From the human T2T-CHM13v2.0 reference genome, Homo sapiens, in assembly GCF_009914755.1 (NCBI RefSeq), contig NC_060933.1: a stretch of 64,000 nt of DNA. One strand, given 5' to 3'. Made by a program: the position numbers and the translations under genes. The notes under the pieces were generated by a model. That model was not told the origin of the DNA and searched no databases. It worked only from the letters and a program-made list of their open reading frames with translations. Positions 35,185 to 52,520 of this stretch are shown piece by piece. Positions within the stretch are counted from its first letter, which is position 1, and each line of letters starts with the position of its first letter.

Positions 35185-37039
35185 TTTAGTCCCAGTATCT
35201 TAATACATAGGTTTTTAGACTTTGACTAGAAGCTTAAGTCAAAGGAATATAAGCATAGTCAAAGTTAGACTCCCAGTCTTGGAATCTTAGAATTACAGGG
35301 TCGCAGGATCGCAGGATCGCATTCTTTAGATTTATGGAATCACGTTAGGACAACGGTCGTCCAGAATTTAAAATCTAGATATCTGAATCTCAGAATCTTG
35401 AAAGTTACTGAGAGCCACGAAATCCCGTATTAAAAGGTGCCTATAATATAATCCAGTTAAAAATTTTAAAATTTGAAGTTTTTCCTCCTTTGTAAAAACG
35501 AAACAGGACGAAATCTGGGTTTTTTGCTTCTCCATTACTTGGGAAGAAGGAAACCAGGAGTTTTGTTTAGCGAGTGTAAAGCCCCTCTCCCTTCGTTCGA
35601 CCAACCCTCTGCCGCAGAAGGTTGTCAAGCAAACGCTTTGAGCGTTTCCACACACCGGGTCGACGGAGCAAGGATCTGGGCTTTGCCTCGCTCTTCCGAA
35701 GGCAGCTGCCCAACGCTTGGCCGGGCTTAGCCTGCCCTCAGCTCACCGCCACGAAGAACGCGACTAAAACCCTGGAAGGCATGCCACCCGTTACTGGCCA
35801 GAACTCTCGTCTTGGGATCTCCCACACTCACCTGGCACCACCATCCGCGCGGCTCTGCACCCACAGCCCCGGCCCGCCCCCCCCCCCCACCCCGGAAAGC
35901 TGCGTCCGGGCTGGAGCCACTGGAACCCGCGCCAAGGCCCGGAATCCTATACGTAGCAGGGGCCTCGGAGATCAGCACACGCCCTCCAGCTGCTATTTAA
36001 CAGAGTAGAACACTGAGGCCCTGCGAGGGGACAAGGACAGGCCCTGGATCTCCCAGTGAATGGCCAGGGAACGAACCCGGGCCAGAGGGGCCGCGCCGCG
36101 AGGATCTCAGGTTAGGACCAAGTTCCGGCTCAGGGACAGCAGGAAAGGAACTCAGAAATTGGACACCCATGAAGCAAACGTGTCCCGACTGCCCGCCCCT
36201 TCCCCCGGAGACGCGCCCACCCGGCCACCGCTCTCTTCCCACTCCCCCATTACCCGCAGCCCTCACTCCCCGCTGCGGGAAGGGGCTGCTTGGCTGCCTC
36301 TGGGGGTCTTCAGAGCTACCCTGGTCCCGGGGGATTGGAGGAGGAGGTTACCTATCCTGCGTCGTCTTTAATCCGTGCACCACTATCCATCAAATAGAGA
36401 CAGATCCTGGGCCTCTCAAAGACGGATGATTGGGGGTGGTGATTGGCCTATCCCTAAATATCTACCACGCAAGGACTCTTGAGAGATCCAGACCCCGGTA
36501 CAGTCGAGGGACCTGGGGCCCAAAAAGGGAAAGCGGCTACCTCTACCACACAGTTGGGAAGCGCAGTCCTAAAGGAGACGCAGGTTGGAGACTCCGCTAA
36601 GCGGAGAAGCCGCAGTGGGGCCATGGCAAGTCACCTTCCCTTTCGGGCCTAGGAATACTCATTCGAAAGATGGGGGGACTGGAGTGCCGAGTGGCTGTGG
36701 CAGCCACGATTGGGGTTTGGAAACCATCCTGAAAGGCCCGGGGAGCCAGTCTCCTGGAACTTCTCCCTCCCCATTCCCACAAAAACCAAGCGCCCTCTCG
36801 GCCAATTCTCACCCTCTCAGGACAAAAAAGTGAGATGAGCCCGTCCTTTCACCTGCGAGTCCAAGCCCTTGGCAGAGGCCTGAAAAGTCCGAAAACTCCG
36901 AGTTCGGGCGCTGAGGTCTCCCGAGCCGGTTCCTGAACTCTCCGGGCCTCAGTCGATCGGGGTGCGGAGGGGGCCGACCCGGGGGATCTCCAAGCGCCCT
37001 CCCCGCCCTGACGCTGTGGGGCTCCTACCGCGCCGCCAC

Positions 37040-37170
37040 AGCTGCTCCTACCTGGGGAGGTGCGCCCGGGCCCCGGGGGGCGGGCAGTCGGGGGGCGGGC
37101 AGGGAACCGGTGCCGCCCCACGCTTCGTGGCCCCTTTAAGGAGGGGAAGCCGGCGGAGGGAGGAGCCGGT
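37040..37170. promoter_or_regulatory. FOXE1/PTCSC2 bidirectional core promoter
   Basis: Two GGGGGCGGGC GC boxes (~37076-37085, 37091-37100) and a TATA-like TTTAAG (37135-37140) within a CpG island, ~700 nt upstream of the ATG. Confidence 0.7.
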
Positions 37171-37340
37171 CCGGTGTGTGCAGGGGAGCGCCTCGCCAGC
37201 GGTCCGCAGGGCTGGAGACCCACGCCGTGGAGAGGACCAGCCTCAGGTCGCCCCGCCTGGGCCCGCGCCCCGACCTCGCTGCCCCCGCCTCGCCTCTCTG
37301 CCCGTGGCGCTTACGGCCACCTTGGCCTCGGGGGCAGGGC

Positions 37341-37379
37341 ATGGGCGGCCCCCGCCAGATCGCCCAGCGCCAGTACTAA
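37341..37379 (+). other. Upstream ORF MGGPRQIAQRQY* in the FOXE1 5' leader
   Basis: Only ATG between ~37160 and the main start; context ggcATGg. Confidence 0.6.
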
Positions 37380-37564
37380 CTGCCCTCGCTCTGGCCTTCG
37401 AGCCCGAAGCCTCTTCTGCGCGCACAACCTAGGCAGTAATCCTAAACTAGCGGGCACCACAGACCAGCTGCAGCCACCCCAACCCAGGGATCACTTCCGG
37501 ACCCCTCGACCGCCCGGCACCAGCGCGCAAGGGACCCTTCAGCCGGAGACCAGAGTCCAGTCCC

Positions 37565-37574
37565 GGTCACGAGG
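37565..37574 (+). promoter_or_regulatory. USF-type E-box-like site GGTCACGAGG at FOXE1 c.-283 (A allele; site of rs1867277)
   Basis: 37852-283=37569, which is A here. Literature recollection: the c.-283A allele recruits USF1/USF2. Confidence 0.8.
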
Positions 37575-37851
37575 CCACCGCCGCTGCCCGCCTCGAGAAG
37601 CACCACGCGGGCTGAGCCGTCGGCTAGCGGGTCACTCCCGAGCCTCTGTCTGCACCGCGCCAGCCCCAGACCACGGACGCTGAGCCTCCAGCGCGTGCCA
37701 GCCTGGGCCGCTGGGCTCTCGGGGCCAGCCCGCGACGATCCCCTGAGCTCTCCGCAGAAGGGCCGAGCGTCCGTTCCGGGGACGCCAGGCCCGCCCCCGC
37801 CCCCCGACAGCCGCGGGGATCCAGAGCCCGGGGGTGCGGGACGCCCGCGCC

Positions 37852-38355
37852 ATGACTGCCGAGAGCGGGCCGCCGCCGCCGCAGCCGGAGGTGCTGGCTA
37901 CCGTGAAGGAAGAGCGCGGCGAGACGGCAGCAGGGGCCGGGGTCCCAGGGGAGGCCACGGGCCGCGGGGCGGGCGGGCGGCGCCGCAAGCGCCCCCTGCA
38001 GCGCGGGAAGCCGCCCTACAGCTACATCGCGCTCATCGCCATGGCCATCGCGCACGCGCCCGAGCGCCGCCTCACGCTGGGCGGCATCTACAAGTTCATC
38101 ACCGAGCGCTTCCCCTTCTACCGCGACAACCCCAAAAAGTGGCAGAACAGCATCCGCCACAACCTCACACTCAACGACTGCTTCCTCAAGATCCCGCGCG
38201 AGGCCGGCCGCCCGGGTAAGGGCAACTACTGGGCGCTTGACCCCAACGCGGAGGACATGTTCGAGAGCGGCAGCTTCCTGCGCCGCCGCAAGCGCTTCAA
38301 GCGCTCGGACCTCTCCACCTACCCGGCTTACATGCACGACGCGGCGGCTGCCGCA

Positions 38356-38389
<34 letters not shown>

Positions 38390-38973
38390 TCTTCCCAGGC
38401 GCGGTGCCCGCCGCGCGCCCCCCCTACCCGGGCGCCGTCTATGCAGGCTACGCGCCGCCGTCGCTGGCCGCGCCGCCTCCAGTCTACTACCCCGCGGCGT
38501 CGCCCGGCCCTTGCCGCGTCTTCGGCCTGGTTCCTGAGCGGCCGCTCAGCCCAGAGCTGGGGCCCGCACCGTCGGGGCCCGGCGGCTCTTGCGCCTTTGC
38601 CTCCGCCGGCGCCCCCGCTACCACCACCGGCTACCAGCCCGCAGGCTGCACCGGGGCCCGGCCGGCCAACCCCTCCGCCTATGCGGCTGCCTACGCGGGC
38701 CCCGACGGCGCGTACCCGCAGGGCGCCGGCAGTGCGATCTTTGCCGCTGCTGGCCGCCTGGCGGGACCCGCTTCGCCCCCAGCGGGCGGCAGCAGTGGCG
38801 GCGTGGAGACCACGGTGGACTTCTACGGGCGCACGTCGCCCGGCCAGTTCGGAGCGCTGGGAGCCTGCTACAACCCTGGCGGGCAGCTCGGAGGGGCCAG
38901 TGCAGGCGCCTACCATGCTCGCCATGCTGCCGCTTATCCCGGTGGGATAGATCGGTTCGTGTCCGCCATGTGA
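37852..38973 (+). CDS. FOXE1: Forkhead box protein E1 (thyroid transcription factor 2), single exon, 373 aa
   Basis: ATG at 37852 in gccATG context gives [14 protein letters not shown]...DRFVSAM. Forkhead domain [14 protein letters not shown]...[15 protein letters not shown]...GNYW (~38008-38292) is flanked by RRRKR basic NLS motifs and followed by a 16-Ala tract. The ORF-track start at GTG 37834 is 6 codons upstream of the real start. Confidence 0.99.
38341..38388 (+). repeat. FOXE1 polyalanine tract, 16 Ala (GCG GCG GCT GCC GCA then GCC x11)
   Basis: 48 nt counted directly between GAC and ATC; known length-polymorphic tract (14 and 16 Ala are the common alleles). Confidence 0.97.
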
Positions 38974-39402
38974 GCCAGCGTAGGGACGAAAACTCATAGA
39001 CACATCGGCTGTTCACACGTTCCCCGCAATCTGAGAACGAACAGGAATGGAGAGAGGACTCAACTGGGACCCACGTGGAAAAGACCGAGCAGGCCACAGA
39101 GGCTCGGTCTCCCCGCGCACAGCGTAGGCACCCGGTGTACTCTGTAAACGGGAGGAGGTGGGGCGAGGCAGCCAGAGCCCTTGGACTGGCACAGGGACCC
39201 TCGATGGAGCGAAGCCCTCAAACGGGATGCTTTCTGGTATTCTATCGGGGAGGGTCCTTGGCGGTAACCAGAGGGCAGCGTAGTGTCAACACCAGAGACC
39301 AGGATCCAAATTGTGGGGAATCAGTTTCAGCCTTCCATGTGCTGCCGGAACTCGGGCCTTTTTACGCGGTTCGTCCTCTAGTGCCTTTAACTGCGTTACT
39401 AC

Positions 39403-39408
39403 AATAAA
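39403..39408 (+). terminator. Proximal candidate poly(A) signal AATAAA
   Basis: Canonical hexamer ~430 nt after the stop codon, with a U-rich tract downstream. Confidence 0.5.
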
Positions 39409-40364
39409 AGGCTGCGGCAGCGCCTTTCTTCTTAAAGTGAGGAGGACAAATTTGCAAAAGAAATAGGCTTTTCTTCTTTTTTAAATTGGAGAAATCTCTG
39501 CTCTGGTTGACCTGGGCTGGTTTTCCCTGTCTCTGAGAACTTGAGACCTAGCTCCGAGTTGAACTGTGCGTCAGCACTCCAGTCCCATCACCTGAACCTT
39601 CAGTCTCCCCCATCTGTTACACTAGAGGGCTGCAGGACTCTATCCACCGCCCCCGGGTTATCATTCAGGGCCCCATCATCTTGGATGCTGCCCTGCGTAT
39701 TTGGCAGCAATGGTGGGCCACCCAGGGCCTCTGAGTAGCCACCCAAAGCCTAGCCGCTGTTCTAGGGAACGGAAAAGAGTTCATGGCCAAGCGTCTAACC
39801 TAAAGTCCCAGGATTGGCTCCAGGCAGCAATTATATCATAACTTATTGAACTTTTGAGCAGGACGTGCTGGTAATTTCATGGCTGTTACTGCCCAGTCAT
39901 AAATCTGCTTTTCCATTATAAGGCAGAGAGAAGTACATTCGTTCATTTGTCCACTGTTTCTTGTCATCACGCAGCCCTGGACCCAAAGGGTGAACTAAAG
40001 TTTAAGGAGATGAGAGGATTCAAGGAGCCCGTTGGTGACGCCTTTCAGTAGCTGGGGAGGGCTCTTCCATCCCCAGCACCCCCTGCTACACCTCAGCAGC
40101 CTCCCCCATGCAAAAAGGAAAGAGAAAAATTAAGTTAGGGCAGTCAGTAAAGTGAGCTTTAGAAAGAAACTGGAATTTTAACTTCATTTTGTATCTTGCT
40201 TAAGTAGCAGGCTCACTAAAATTAGAGAAAGTCCAATAACTCTCCCCCTTTCCCTTGAGAAATCTTTAAGTTTCGATTCTGGAGCAAAAACTTTCAGCAT
40301 TAAATATTTCAGAGGCTCCATTCACAGCTTTCAGATAAACTGGAGTGTTCAGATGGACTGTTTT

Positions 40365-40370
40365 AATAAA
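40365..40370 (+). terminator. Middle candidate poly(A) signal AATAAA
   Basis: Canonical hexamer in the AT-rich 3' UTR. Confidence 0.4.
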
Positions 40371-40566
40371 AATCTTTGAGCAAGTGAGTTATGGCAAGAG
40401 AAACTCAGCCTCTTTCTGTATAAACTTAACAGGGAAGGGCTGGGGTGTGAAAAAGAAGATTGTATGAAAACCATTGGTAATTTTTATTTTTTATTTTTGG
40501 GACTGCACTATCCTGTTCACGAAGACATGTGAACTTGGTTCAGTCCAAATGGGGATTTGTATAAAC

Positions 40567-40860
40567 CAGTGCTCTCCATTAGAAATATGGTGCAAGCCAC
40601 ATATGTAATTTTAAATATTCTAGTAGCCACATTAATAAAGTAAAAAGAAACAGGTGAGGTTAATTTGAATGATATACTTAACCCAACATATCAAAAATAT
40701 TATGATTTCAACATATAATCAATGTAAAAATTGAGATGTTTTGCTCTCCTTTTACATGAAGGGTTTACAATTTGGAGTGTGTTTTACACTTACAGCTTCT
40801 CTAAATGTGGACTAGTCACCTGCTAGGTGTTCAGTAGCAACACTGTGTTGTGCAGTGCAG
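40567..40860 (-). mobile_element. MER33 (hAT-Charlie DNA transposon)
   Basis: gccacatatgtaattttaaa..tctagtagccacatt..gtaaaaagaaacaggtga..ttttacacttacagc matches the reverse complement of the MER33 consensus as I recall it. Confidence 0.85.
40634..40639 (+). terminator. Distal poly(A) signal AATAAA, inside MER33
   Basis: Canonical hexamer; would give a ~3.5 kb mRNA, consistent with my recollection of the annotated transcript length. Confidence 0.65.
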
Positions 40861-41579
40861 GTCTAGGTGCTGGCCCTTCCTGGCTTTGGTGGTGGTACCT
40901 GGAAGCACTTGAGCGCTGACCCTGCCACCCGTCGGCCCAAATTCCAGACCCAGCCTTGTGACCTTGAAGAGTGCAGGTATTGGGCCGCCCTCCTCTCCCT
41001 AAGAATCTTTGCAGGTATGGAGTTCAAGGGTTCTCCTTCATTCAGCTAGACAAGCTGGCTGTCCCAGGTGCAGAGGTCAGGATGACTTGCCTGGTTGAGA
41101 AGAATGGGAAAGTAAGAGTTCTCCACCCAGGAGTTTTGTTCTGGGCTGCAGAAGAGCCCAGGCGTGGGACTGGGGCTGGAGAAGGCTGGTTTTTGCCCTT
41201 AGTGCCAGAGTTGAGGCTTTCTCTGTTTCCTAATGAGCAAGTCCAGTGCTTTGACAGCACCACTAATCTTAAGCCAGTCCCTTCTCCTCTCGGGTCGTCA
41301 TTTGTGAAATGGGAATTTGTGACTGCTACCTCAGATAATTTTCCTGAAGTTAAACGAGAGGAGAGGTGAAAAGCGCTTTGTAAACTGCAAAGCGCAGAGC
41401 ATAGCAGGGCTGAAAGGCTTTAAATAAGCGCTGCCTTGTAACAAAGCCTCCTGGAGTGTCATGATAAAGCCCCGGGAAGGAGAAAGACAGGGTGGGAAAG
41501 AGCGGACATTTTCGTCCCCCATTCTACTTGTCAACTTGCGGGACAGGTAAGATTGTGCCAAAGGCGAGGGTCAGCATCA

Positions 41580-42400
41580 GGAGAGAGAGGACGCTGCGGG
41601 GAGGGACCTGGTTGTGTGCTTCAGGTGCCCCAAGGGACACGGAGACGCGCGAGGGTTGGGATCAAGGCGTTGAAGACAGAGCGACAGCCCTTCTCGGCCT
41701 CCCACCGGCCGACGACACCAAGAGCTCGCGCACCGGCCGGGCCAGGTGGGAATGGGCGCCGCGCAGGGGAGCGAGTACCTCGGAGACAGTGCGCGCCGCC
41801 CGGGGCCTCATCCACAGCGGGGTCGCGGGCGGCCCCCTTAGCCCGCGTGACTGTGGGATCCTGAGAACATTCCGCTGTATGTCTTGGAACCTTCTAACCC
41901 TAGGAATTTGCAAACCCCTCCCAGTCCCTCATCTGGGGGCTCAGAGACTGGAGGTGCCTTTTTTATTTTTTTCTTCTTCACTTTATGAACACAGAAAAAT
42001 CGTTTGTCCCTCTCCGGGCCCTGCACCCGCCAGCGTCGTGTGCAGGCGTCCCCGGGCTGTGGATAATTAGACACGTTCTTCCCTCATTGCCCAAGGCTCG
42101 TTAGAATTCGCCCTAGAGCTGTATCATGTATTTTCTTTCAAATTAACTTTGCTTGCAATTAAGCTTAGGGAACCAGCAACAAAAGCAAACTTGGCCCGAG
42201 GTCGTTCACCGCGAAAATGGATTAGAGAAACTTCTTCCCCGATTTAAGGGGAAAGATTCCTGCGGCCAGCGCTTTGGGGAAAGTGCCCCGACCGCAGAGG
42301 CGACGACAGGGGAGCAGGAAGCTGCTCACGGTAGTCGGCGTTGGCGGCAGCGGTGGCCTTCCTCATCTGGGCGATGTGGGCTCCTAGAAGAGTAAGGATA
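41580..42400. promoter_or_regulatory. Downstream satellite CpG island
   Basis: CpG-rich unique sequence 3' of FOXE1. Confidence 0.8.
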
Positions 42401-45400
42401 ACATCCTGGAAATGACTTCTGTACGGTTTGAGCCCAACTGCACACTCATGACTTGGAGCTGCCCTGTGGAGTTACAGTTTACCAAACACATTCATGAACA
42501 TAATCTCATTTACTAAAAACTTTGTGAGAATTTTCTTTTACTAAAATTTTTTCTTATTACAAAATCAGTAGTGTTCATTGTTTTAAAAGAAATAACAGGT
42601 AAGAAAAATAAAGAGGGAGGGAAATAACAGCAAAAAAAAAAAAAAAAAAAGGCTGGCGGGGGGGAACCCATAGTTGGCCCAGAGAATGCGCAGTTAACGC
42701 TTAAGTATATATCTTTTCTGGAGTTTGTTTTTGCTTTTGACTTTTCCCCTATACAGGAGGCCTGAGTCTTGACTTTGTCACTAAATTGCTGTGAGGTCTT
42801 GAACAAATTCCTTCTGGCATGGAGTGGGCCTGTTTCCCCACCTATAAAACTGGGTGCAGGTCCCCTTTTACCCTTTCACATTTTCTAATGCCTCTTCTTT
42901 TGGTCACTTGAATGCAAGATGCACTTCTGCAAGGGCCAGGAGCAAGGCCTGGGGGCAAAGGGAGGCAAGCCCTCCCTGTTGGTTTACACAAGAGATGGAG
43001 GTCGGCTGCAAGGACATTCCCTGGGAGCTTGCTAGAAATATTGGTTCTTTGGCCTCACCCCAGACCTCCTAGACCAGAACCTGCCTTTCTATAAGACCCT
43101 TAGGTGATTCCTATGCCCTGGTCAAAGAGAAAGAACTTTGAAAAAATGTGTTATTGAGATTAGAGATGCCAGAATAACTTCTAGAAGCCTCCTGTTTCTG
43201 GCCCGGAACCCCAGCTAGCACTCCAGCGCTGTCTTGTGGCTCTGACCACAGAGAGCAGAGAGGGCAGGGTGGCAAGGGGACAGAGATGGGGTGGAGTGCT
43301 TCATCTCCTCCTTTGAGTACTTTCTGAGTCTTGGAATCCTAGCCCTTAGACTGTACCTCATCTCCTGTTTCCAGCTGTATGGGTGACTGTGACAATGACA
43401 TTCAACAAGAGTATATCTGAAAACATCTTGAAAGCTGGGGTGACAGAGCCAGGGCAGGAAGCCACGTCCTGATTTCGGGCTGAGGCACTGTAGGGACCTT
43501 GGGTTCAAGCTCTATACCCTCCCTTAGCAACAGTCAATTGCCTGAGTATAGAATAAACTTTGCCTCTGACCCCTCAGCTCTAGCCCCAAGTCTGAGGTAG
43601 TTGAGGGTTTAGGAGAAAAATTAAGCTTTCTGTTCAGGACACAATGGCCAACTGGAAGGGGTCCCTGTCTCCAAGTCAGTCTGGGCCAAAGGATCCTCTA
43701 GTAAAAGCCTAAGGTCCTCCTCAGTGCCCTAAGGAACCCTCCCCTGCCTTGAACACATACGAGCTTGACTTTCTGTGTGTGCTCAGCCTGTTCCTGAGGG
43801 TAGACATGACAAGATAGCTGGGGGAATATGTCCCTGATGAAAAACAGTTCAGACAGGGGCATGTACCATGAAGGATGGGGAAGGGGCCCAGATTGGGAAA
43901 GCATGTTCCCAGGATCACATTGCACCACATGGGGAGAACCAGGATTTTCATCTCATTGCTTGTATAAGTTCCCAATAGAAATAAATAGGAATATTGTGAG
44001 TGTGTGTGGAGCCTCCATAGAGCCATAGAAGGGGTGTGTGACTTGCCCAAGATATGACAGTTACAAGTGTCCAAGCTGGACTAGAACCTCTGCCTCCCCC
44101 AATGGAGACTGCATTTGATTATCATCTTAATGAAGGTAATATGGAAGTAAAAGTAATCTGGTGAGGATGTGAAGGTAGGGGCTAAGGAGTGGGGATGGAC
44201 TGCAGCTTGAGGAATGGACTTACCTGTTAAATAAATAGCTTAGAACTACCTTGAGAGAAAGTAGTGTAGTTAGTGCTCCTCAGGCCAAACTAAGCAGTGA
44301 ACAAAATTTTAAATGGGATGGACAGGCAGAGTAGGGGCGAGATGGAATGCCCTTAGTGAGTTCTGCTCTCCTGCCCCGGCCCTCTCTCCAGCATCTCCTC
44401 TCCCTGGCTGAGGCCAAAGCCAGCCTTTGCAGAGCCCCTGGCATGGTCCTCAATGCTTGGCCTCAAAAGAGGAATGCTGTCTGCTCCCTGTGGAGTTCCT
44501 GAACCCCTCTGCCAGCCCCACACTCCCTCTTCTGAGAACGGAAGCTCGGATTTCCAGCTCAGCCCAGAAGGGTTAACCAGGAAGCACCTAGTCAGACACC
44601 CAGGGAACAGCTGTCAGCCCCTCCCAGGGTGAGGAAGAGATTGGGAAGCCAGAATCAGGGTGGATCTCAGCCATGGGGCAGAGCACCAGTTTATCTCGCT
44701 ATCTGAGAACCTGGAGCAGTTTCTCAAGTGGGGGTGGTCAGGGCAGAGCCCCAGTCATGGTTTCTCAGGCATGGAGGTGCTCTGCAACCAGGCAATAAAT
44801 TGAGAGCCACCACCTCCCAGGACTCAACTCCCACCTCTGCTCACGGCCCCAGCAGCCAGCCAGGGCCTCCCAAGAGTACTCCTGCCTCCATTCTGTCCGT
44901 GCTGCCAGCTTGCCTCCCTGAAGCTGAGCTCCAGTCCTGTGGAGAAGGCTGCCTGCCGTCTGCAGTAGAACGCTTCAGTGCCTCACCTGGCACTTGGGAC
45001 CCTCGGTCATCCTTATGTCAACCTTCTTGCCGGCCACGTCTCCCATAGCTGCCTTCCCACACCCCTAGGCTGCAGCCAACACACCATTTGCTGTTCCCTG
45101 ACACTCCCATGTGTTCCTGTCATCATGAATTTGCCCTGACCATTCCCTCTCCAGGAACCACCTAACCCCATGCCACGCTTCCACAGCCGCCAGCCCTCCA
45201 GGACCCTGTCATCTCTCCCGGATCACAGTGCCAGCCCCTAACAGGACCCCCTGCTTCCTCCCCTGCTCCCTTGGCAGTTTTCCCTACAGCAGCCAATGTG
45301 TGACCCAGCTCAAAGCCCAGCCAGACCATGTCACTCTCTCACAGAGGCCCAGACCTCAGGAACAGGGAGTGCAATTAGGAACATGGCGTTTCCACGAGCA

Positions 45401-45444
45401 GTCCTGTGAAGGGTTTCTCACAGTATGAAGAAAACTACATTTAA

Positions 45445-45835
<391 letters not shown>

Positions 45836-46028
45836 TGAAGTGGGGTCCGCCTTCATTTTCCCTGCACAGGTGCTCATAAAGAATGGTGTCCTCTCCTGGG
45901 GACTGTGCTCAGGGCTTTTGATGGCAGGGCCATGTTGAGGACAACTGTCCAGCAGGCAACTCCAGACAGGCATGAAACAATCCACCCTCTTTCTGCCATA
46001 TAAATATCAGCTTATTTTGAGAAGAAAG

Positions 46029-46485
<457 letters not shown>

Positions 46486-47766
46486 ATGTATCCTAACTGA
46501 TACAGAAAGTGACCATGAAAGGGCAGGGGAAAACTGATTCTTGATGTATTCCCTTTGAGACTTCTCTTGGCTTCTTATAAATAAATGTGCAGCTAACAGA
46601 CTATCTAGCCCTACCCCTTGTTTTATGGAAGAGAAGCCAGAGAAAGTAACTTTCCAAGGTAACAGTGAGTTATCATTGTAGACCCTAGTTCAGGGCCCTT
46701 CCACAGCTCCAGGGGCTCAGCAGGAACAAAACTAATAATAATCCCAACATTTTCCAAAAGCCACTTTGTTCAGGGAGTACCAGCCATTTTCACAGGTGTT
46801 ATCTCTTTGGATCCTCACAGCTCCCCTGGGAAGCAGAAGGTTTCAAATGCACCCTTTTCAGGCAAGGAAACTAAGGTCCAAGAAAAGGGGTAATGAGCTC
46901 AAGTCATGTGACCGTTGCACACAGGAGGGACCAACCCTCAACCCGGGTGTAACAAATCCTCAGTAAAATGAACCAGAAATCTGAGGCTCCTTCCTCCCTG
47001 GATGTAGGAATCAGGAGGCTGGGAGAATCACCTGTTAGTGTTGACTGGCGCTTGGGAATCCTCTGGCTTCGAGCCTCTGAGTAGGGTGGATTCTCCATAT
47101 GCCCCTGGCTTATCTCCATACGGCATGTAAGGCTTAAAGATAGTGTCTTTGAGTGTGTGGATCCAGTTGCTTCGGATCCAACAAAGTAGGATGGTTAGTG
47201 ACCAAGCTGAAGGGAACTGGCGTTTGCTAAAAACAAGCCCTGCCGTTGTGGGACTCCTGTCACCCCACCCAGAACCCTCCCAGCTTCAGCCAGGGTTGGT
47301 TCCACCAAGGCGAAAGCTGCAGGAGCAGGCCTGTAGTTTACAGAACACCTGGGAGAGGCTGTGGGTAGCTGGGTAATTTCCAAATTAATTGCAGGAAAAA
47401 ACTAACAAAACAATCTGCAGGCTAAGCATCCCGGGAGCTCACCCATGAGACTGACAGCCTGGAATCCAGCAAGTACAATGCCGCCGACCACAGACAGGAG
47501 GGCCTTTCCTCCTTTCGGGGAGGAGGGCTGACTTCCAACAAGGACCCGTCTGGGCCTGCAGCTGGGCCAAGAGGAAAGCAAAACTCTAGAACCAAAACAG
47601 CCTTTCCACCCAAAACCAAACTACAATAAACATAAGCAGCTTTCCCGGAACTGCAAGTTTGGCTAGACCAGAGAATGATCCCCTGATGGAAGGCTTGTTT
47701 TCTCAGCAAGGGAGTTTTGGGCCTCATTTTGAAAATTTCTTCCTAAATTCAGACTCAGGAAACTAA

Positions 47767-48137
<371 letters not shown>

Positions 48138-48384
48138 TGCTGTACTCTTCATAACCGTCAAATCTTACCTTTGTTGATACTTTGCAGCTTCCCAAGAGGC
48201 TGTCTGCCTTCGTGAGAAAAGCACTGGTTTAAGTCCTGGCTTTGATACCTGAGAAGTCTTAGTGCCCCCGAAAATCCCCTACGGAGGTAGTGACTATGAA
48301 CTAGAAAACAGTGGGAGCATAGTTGAAGCCAGGCAGTCTGGGTCCAGAGCTTCTTAGTAGGTGCATGCCACTGTGCCCAGCTCT

Positions 48385-52520
<4,136 letters not shown>

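Larger units (their letters stand above)
35500..39420. promoter_or_regulatory. Main CpG island spanning the promoter and whole FOXE1 CDS
   Basis: Very high GC and CpG density by inspection, densest at 36850-39000. Confidence 0.92.

Noticed and set aside
37834-37851. GTG-initiated N-terminal extension of FOXE1
   Set aside because: Only 6 codons; an in-frame TGA at 37744 precludes a long extension, and the ATG at 37852 has good context
37695-38950. Alternative-frame ORFs (174 aa, and 237 aa with poly-Pro)
   Set aside because: Non-ATG starts; GC-rich off-frame reads of FOXE1
37624-39003. 459-aa antisense ORF over FOXE1
   Set aside because: Shadow of the extreme GC codon bias of FOXE1 (few antisense stop codons); Gly/Arg/Ala low complexity with no recognisable domain
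41492-42070. 192-aa ORF in the downstream CpG island
   Set aside because: GTG start, no homology recognised, expected in GC-rich DNA
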